Of a DNA stretch of 40,578 nucleotides, positions 34,801 to 40,578 are shown piece after piece. This DNA comes from Acidobacteriota bacterium (lineage in GTDB: Bacteria > Myxococcota_A > Polyangia > Haliangiales > Haliangiaceae): positions 1 through 40,578 of the forward strand of contig JBLMXA010000867.1 of NCBI GenBank assembly GCA_050257515.1, in the 5' to 3' direction. The notes below the pieces were generated by a model, which was not told where the DNA came from, ran no database searches, and saw nothing but the letters and a program-made list of their open reading frames with translations. How positions within the stretch are numbered: position 1 is the stretch's first letter; the number at the start of each line of letters is the position of its first letter. A program made the position numbers and the translations under genes.

Positions 34801-35490
34801 ATGGCACGCGCACGCAAGCGTCACGTCCAGCAGCAGCTGTTCCGTCATGGCGGCAAGCGCCGCGGTGCCGGGCGGAAACCGAAAGGGCCGCGCGCGAGCG
34901 AGCGCCACAAGACGCGACCGCACCTCGCGTACTACCACCCGGTGCACGTCACGCTGCGTATCGTCGACGGCATCCGCACCCTGCGCACGCGCGATCTCTA
35001 CAAGGCGCTGCGCTGGGCGACGCTGTCGGTCGCGCGCAGGCAGCAGCGCCGGTTCCGCATCGTCCACATCTCGATCCAGCACAACCACGTGCACCTCATC
35101 GCCGAGGCGTGCGATCGCATGGCGCTCGCACGCGGCGTGCAGGGCTTCGAGGTGTCCGCCGCCAAGCACATCAACCGCACGCTCGGCCGCCGCGGCCGCG
35201 TGTTCGCCGACCGCTACCATGTCCGACACTTGAAGTCGCCGAGATCGGTGAAGCACGCCGTGTCCTACGTGCTCAACAACTGGCGCCACCACCGCGCCGA
35301 CCGCGGGCGCACGTGGCTCGTCGATCCGTTCTCGAGCGGCATCAGCTTCCCCGGCTGGAAGGAGCTCGCCGGTGCGACGGTGATGTGGAAGCCGCGGCCT
35401 ACGTACGAGGCGCTGTGGGTGTGGCTGCCGCAGACCTGGCTGCTCCAGCGGGCACACGGCGCGATCAGCGCGCGCGACGTGCCGGGCTAG
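34801..35490 (+). CDS. IS200-like / REP-associated Y1 (HUH) tyrosine transposase homolog, solo copy
   Basis: In-frame ATG 34801 of track ORF 34708..35490. HUH motif in IQHNHVHLIAEA and catalytic-Tyr context HAVSYVLNNWRHH. No recognisable subterminal hairpin ends. The stop codon shares the palindrome GCTAGC with the convergent oxidase subunit IV gene. Confidence 0.7.
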   Translation: MARARKRHVQQQLFRHGGKRRGAGRKPKGPRASERHKTRPHLAYYHPVHVTLRIVDGIRTLRTRDLYKALRWATLSVARRQQRRFRIVHISIQHNHVHLIAEACDRMALARGVQGFEVSAAKHINRTLGRRGRVFADRYHVRHLKSPRSVKHAVSYVLNNWRHHRADRGRTWLVDPFSSGISFPGWKELAGATVMWKPRPTYEALWVWLPQTWLLQRAHGAISARDVPG

Positions 35491-35750
35491 CGATACCCGA
35501 CGTCGCCGAGCGTGCCCACGCACAGCAGGATCACGAACAGCACCGCGATGATCGCGATGATGCGGTCGACGGGCTCGGCCGTCGCGAGCTCCATGAACAC
35601 CGCGGCGATCGCGAGGGCCTTGACCGCCGCGATCAGCAGCGCGAGCCAGGTGCCGGTACCGAGCGATGCCGCGACCCAGCTCGCGACCGCGAGCACGATC
35701 AGCGCGGCGAACGTCGTGATCAGCGCGCGGGCGGTCGGTGGTTTCGGCAT
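35487..35750 (-). CDS. Cytochrome c oxidase subunit IV (bacterial COX4_pro-like small membrane protein)
   Basis: Last 87 aa of track ORF 35487..36197: three hydrophobic helices (ALITTFAALIVLAVASWVAA..., WLALLIAAVKALAIAAVFMEL, IIAIIAVLFVILLCVG). ATG 35750 overlaps the ctaE stop by 1 nt (TGATG). The gene position is also typical for this subunit. Confidence 0.7.
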   Translation of the reverse strand: MPKPPTARALITTFAALIVLAVASWVAASLGTGTWLALLIAAVKALAIAAVFMELATAEPVDRIIAIIAVLFVILLCVGTLGDVGYR

Positions 35751-36345
35751 CAGTGATCCATCAGGTAGAACATCGGCCACAGGAACACCCAGATCAGATC
35801 GACGAAGTGCCAGTACAGGCCGACGAGCTCGAGCACGAGGTGGCGCTCCGCGGCGACGCGCCGCTGGTGGACGCGTACGACCATCCACGTGACGAGCGCC
35901 ATGCCCGCGACGACGTGCAGCGCGTGCAGGCCGGTCATCAGGTAGTACAGCGAGAAGAACAGGCGCGTACCCTCGCCGAGGTCCTTCCCGCGGTACCCGG
36001 CGCCGAGCACCACGCCGTCGTCGATGTGCATGCCCCACTCGAGCCCCTTGAGCACGAGGAACGCGGCGCCGAGCGCGAGCACCACCGCCAGGCTCCACGT
36101 CGCGCCGCGCGACTTGCCCTGGCGCACGAGGTGGATCGCCCACGCCATCCAGAAGCTCGAGGTCAGCAGCACGAGCGTGTTGACGCCGCCGATCCACTGG
36201 ATGTCCTCGCGCACGCCGGCGTCGAACGCGGCGTGGTACTGCGTGCGGTAGCTCGCGTACAGATCGAACAGGCCGGCGAACAGCAGCGCCTCGCTCGCGA
36301 TGACGAGCAGCACCGCGATGCGGTAGCGGCGCTCGTGGGGCGAGC

Positions 36346-36349
<4 letters not shown>
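35750..36349 (-). CDS. ctaE: Cytochrome c oxidase subunit III (short, 5-helix type)
   Basis: Last 199 aa of track ORF 35750..37888. LFFSLYYLMTGLHALHVVAG and LVGLYWHFVDLIWVFLWPMFYL are classic subunit III motifs. It has an ATGA overlap with ctaD. Confidence 0.9.
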
Positions 36350-37925
<1,576 letters not shown>

Positions 37926-37929
<4 letters not shown>

Positions 37930-38867
37930 GGCTCGCTCCTCAGCGAGTGGATGAACTCGACGATCGCGGCGGTCTCGGGGCCGCTCAGCCGGCCGAGGAA
38001 CGACGGCATGACGTTCGCGTAGCCGGCGACGAGCTTGACCTGCGGATCCATCATCGACTCGGTCAGGTAGGCGTCGTCGGCGGTGACCGTGCGGCCGTCG
38101 GCGAGCTTGACCTGCGCGCCGTAGAGGTCCTTCCACGTCGGCCCGATGTGCGGCGTGCCGTCGACGGTGTGGCAGCGCGTGCAGCCGTACTGCACCGCGA
38201 GCTCCTCGCCAGTCTTCGCGAGATCGACGTTGCCGTGGCCGGTCACCCATCGCGTGTACTCGGCCGCCGGCAGCGCGATCACGCGGCCGCGCATGCGCGA
38301 GTGGCCGTCGCCGCAGTACTCGGCGCACAGGATGTCGTACGTGCCCGGCTCGGTCGCCGTGAACCACATCGTCGTGGTGCGGCCGGGCAGCACGTCGAGC
38401 TTGAGCCGGAACGCCGACACGTAGAAGCTGTGGATCACGTCGCGCGACGTCATCTCGAGCTCGACCGGCTGGCCGACCGGGACGCGCAGCTCGTCCTCGG
38501 CATTCGCGCCGTTCGGGTAGACGAACTGCCACATCCACTGCTTGGCGACGACGTGGATGCGGATCGCGCCGTCGGGCACGTCGCGCAGCTCGCGGTACTG
38601 CGAGAACCCGACGAGCCACCAGATGAGGAACACGAGCAGCGTGAACGAGGCGAGCCCGATCTCGACGGCATGCGGCAGGCTCTTGCGCGGCCGCGGCTGG
38701 CCGGGGCGCTCGCGGTACCTGAGCAGGAAGCTCGCGATCACCCCGAACGCCAGCATCGCGACGACGAACGCCGAGCCGATCACGGTGTAGTGGAGGATGT
38801 CGATGCCCTTGGACACCGACGACGCCTGCGGCGGCAACATCAGCGCACGCCGGAACAGCTCGTTCAT
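37926..38867 (-). CDS. ctaC: Cytochrome c oxidase subunit II with a fused C-terminal cytochrome c domain (caa3-type)
   Basis: Last 313 aa of track ORF 37926..39638. Two N-terminal TM helices, a CuA site (DVIHSFYV ... CAEYCGDGHSRM), then the heme-c motif CTRCH and a distal Met region (ANVMPSF). It has ATGA overlaps on both sides. Confidence 0.9.
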
Positions 38868-39631
38868 CGCCGTCGCCTCCTGCGCTCCCACGCGGTCAAC
38901 AGCGCGATCAGCGCGACGAGCGTGACGAGCACGACCGCGCCGCCGAGCTTGAGGAACAGCGAGATCTTCGCCTCGTAGCGGCGCAGCGACGGATCGAAGT
39001 GAAAGCACTCGAGCAGCTCGTGCGTGAGCGCGGGGGTCAGCTCGCCGCGCGCGGCGCGCGCGACCGCCTCGGGAAGCGTGTCGTAGGTGACGCCCTGCAG
39101 GTACTCGCCGATGCGGCCGTCGGGCGTCAGCACGAACACGACGGCGGGATGCGCGTACTGCTGGGTGTGCTCGTCCCACGCGTAGCGGAAGCCGAGCGCG
39201 CGCGCGAGCGCCGCGACCGGCGCGGCGTCGCCGACGAGGTACGGCCACGCGCCGCGCGCGCCGGAACGGCCGATCTCGGAGAGCAGCGTGTTCTGGCGGC
39301 GCGCGCCCTCGTTCCACGTCTCGCGTGGATCGAGGCTGACGACCACCGGCAGGTAATCGCGATCGAGCGCGGGGCCGCTCTTGCGGGCGGCCTCGGCGAT
39401 GCCGTGCAGCACGACGCTGCACAGCATCGTGCACTTCGCGTACGCCATCACGAGCACGATCGGTCGCTTGCCGTCGAACAGCTCGCCGAGCGCGACGCGC
39501 TTGCCGGTCGTGTCGGTGAACACGAGGCCGGCCGGGATGCGCGCGCCGACGTGCTCGTCGAGGCCGATCTGGAGGCGTGCGGGCTGCGCGCCCTGCGCCG
39601 CGATCGCGAGCGCGAGCAGCGCGGCGATCAC
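38864..39631 (-). CDS. SCO1/SenC-family copper chaperone / thiol-disulfide protein with a C-terminal TM helix
   Basis: Last 255 aa of track ORF 38864..40033, starting at GTG 39631 (GTGA overlap with the upstream stop). It has a signal-like N-terminus IAALLALAIAAQGA, the thioredoxin-fold motif MAYAKCTMLC (CxxxC) with a downstream His (YAHPAVVFVLTPDG), and a C-terminal helix GGAVVLVTLVALIALLTAW. Confidence 0.8.
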   Translation of the reverse strand: MIAALLALAIAAQGAQPARLQIGLDEHVGARIPAGLVFTDTTGKRVALGELFDGKRPIVLVMAYAKCTMLCSVVLHGIAEAARKSGPALDRDYLPVVVSLDPRETWNEGARRQNTLLSEIGRSGARGAWPYLVGDAAPVAALARALGFRYAWDEHTQQYAHPAVVFVLTPDGRIGEYLQGVTYDTLPEAVARAARGELTPALTHELLECFHFDPSLRRYEAKISLFLKLGGAVVLVTLVALIALLTAWERRRRRR

Positions 39632-39966
39632 TTGCCACCTCGCTGCTCGAGGTAGCGATCGATCGCGACGTCGACCGGCACCCGCACGACGCGGCGCGCG
39701 CGGTCGGCCCACGTCCACGCGTCGAGCTGCTCGTGCTGCACCGCGCGTGCGTGCTCGAGGTCGCTCTCGACCTCGAACGGCGGGGTCGGCGGGACGAGCG
39801 CGAGGTGCCGCGTGTGCGCCTCGCCGCCGCCCTCGAGCCGGAACGACTGCAACGCCCACACGACGACGACGCACGCGGCGATCGCGAGGACGGTCGCGGC
39901 GAGCGTGACCAGCACGGGCCGGCCGGGTACGTCTTCGGGCTGCTGCGGGAGGTCGTGTTCGGTCAT
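39628..39966 (-). CDS. Small single-TM membrane protein between actF and sco (possible ACIII/oxidase accessory subunit, ActG-like position)
   Basis: Last 112 aa of track ORF 39628..40545, starting at ATG 39966 (ATGA overlap with the upstream stop). One TM helix, RPVLVTLAATVLAIAACVVVVWAL, and normal composition. I do not recognise the family by sequence. Confidence 0.5.
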   Translation of the reverse strand: MTEHDLPQQPEDVPGRPVLVTLAATVLAIAACVVVVWALQSFRLEGGGEAHTRHLALVPPTPPFEVESDLEHARAVQHEQLDAWTWADRARRVVRVPVDVAIDRYLEQRGGK

Positions 39967-40578
39967 GTCGTCGTCTCGTAGGCGAGGCCGTCGGCGAGGT
40001 ACGGATCGCCGACGGGCAGGAGCGGGGAGCCACGCATGCGCCACGCGCACGCGCAGGTGACGGTGCCGCCGATCGCGCAGATCGCCGCGAGATCGGTCCA
40101 CGACGGCACCGGCGTGGTGCGGATGCGGGGGATCACGAGCCACCACATGTCGACGTACTGGCCGGCGATCACGAGGATCGCGATCGCCGCGACGTAGCCG
40201 GCGCGCCGCTTGAACCGCCGCGACAGCAGCAGCGGGAACGGCAGCGCGAACTTGAGCACGATCAGCAGCGCGGTGACGAAGCGCCAGCCGTCGCCGACGC
40301 GCTCGACATAGAACTGCGCCTCGTTCGGCTTGTTCGCGATCTGGATCAACATCGCCTGGAAGTAGGCGATGTACGTCCACAGGATCACGAACGCGTGGAG
40401 CAGGCGACCCATCGCGTGGAAGTGACCGGGGCGCAGCGGCATCGCGCCGCTCGCGACGCCGCGCCACGACAGCACGACGATCATCGCGAGCCCCGACACC
40501 ATCGCGCCGGTCAGCACGTACAGGCCGAACCCCGACGACCACCACTCGGGATCGAGCGACATCAGCCAGTCGAACGCG
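39963..40578 (-). CDS. NrfD-like polytopic membrane subunit, probably ActF of alternative complex III; C-terminal about 205 aa (the 5' end is outside the window)
   Basis: Track ORF 39963..40562 stays open in-frame to the window edge (...RFDWLMSLDPEWWSSGFGLYVLTGAM...). It has multiple TM helices with Trp/Tyr-rich loops. Its position directly upstream of a sco-caa3 cluster matches the known ACIII-oxidase gene order. Confidence 0.55.
   Translation of the reverse strand, partial: AFDWLMSLDPEWWSSGFGLYVLTGAMVSGLAMIVVLSWRGVASGAMPLRPGHFHAMGRLLHAFVILWTYIAYFQAMLIQIANKPNEAQFYVERVGDGWRFVTALLIVLKFALPFPLLLSRRFKRRAGYVAAIAILVIAGQYVDMWWLVIPRIRTTPVPSWTDLAAICAIGGTVTCACAWRMRGSPLLPVGDPYLADGLAYETTT

Noticed and set aside
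34708-35490. Complete IS200/IS605-family insertion sequence
   Set aside because: Only the Y1 transposase ORF is present. The upstream 93 nt show just a weak 6-bp stem (CCGACG...CGTCGG), and there is no downstream sequence before the convergent oxidase gene. I could identify no ends or target-site features.

Overview
This is a very GC-rich bacterial chromosomal segment (about 70 percent by eye), with strong GC3 bias in the real reading frames. The gene content suggests Myxococcota (Polyangia-like), but that is inference only. It includes many Sec/lipobox lipoproteins, an exported TPR-CHAT protein, a split MacAB-like pump, an extra groEL paralog, and an alternative-complex-III tail followed by a caa3 oxidase cluster.

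I call 41 protein-coding genes, two of them truncated by the window edges. I also call one in-frame tandem repeat and two regulatory or structured DNA/RNA elements. I saw no rRNA, tRNA, CRISPR array or complete insertion sequence. Many long Arg/Ala/Pro/Gly-rich ORFs in the track are off-frame or antisense shadows of real genes and were discarded.

Gene order:
- TSUP transporter (partial), GNAT and hrpB on the minus strand.
- Hotdog thioesterase and hsp20 on the plus strand.
- fadN-fadA-[structured leader]-mntP-lipoprotein on the minus strand.
- A Cys-rich lipoprotein.
- An extracytoplasmic thiol-redox operon: CxxC lipoprotein, VKOR-thioredoxin fusion, Cys-rich OmpA-like protein, TlpA-like lipoprotein, small ORF.
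- An AraC regulator divergent from a metal-dependent hydrolase.
- A co-directional string of exported TPR-CHAT protease, exported TPR-M48 protease, ParD-like antitoxin and zeta-like toxin.
- sORF-glgX-osmC.
- groEL(no groES, no GGM tail)-ppsA-MacAB-like pump, with overlapping or abutting stops and starts.
- A small lower-GC islet: hypothetical protein, DUF4259, solo IS200-like Y1 transposase.
- actF(partial)-small membrane protein-sco-ctaC-ctaD-ctaE-subunit IV.

The candidates I consider most worth follow-up:
1. The translationally coupled pair of signal-peptide-bearing TPR proteases (caspase-like CHAT plus M48), with a TA module directly downstream.
2. The orphan tail-less GroEL coupled to PEP synthase and an ABC efflux pump.
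3. A perfect 22-bp long-range inverted repeat that runs from the fadA stop codon to the mntP start codon and buries the mntP Shine-Dalgarno.

All functional assignments come from motif recognition by eye. No database search was run.
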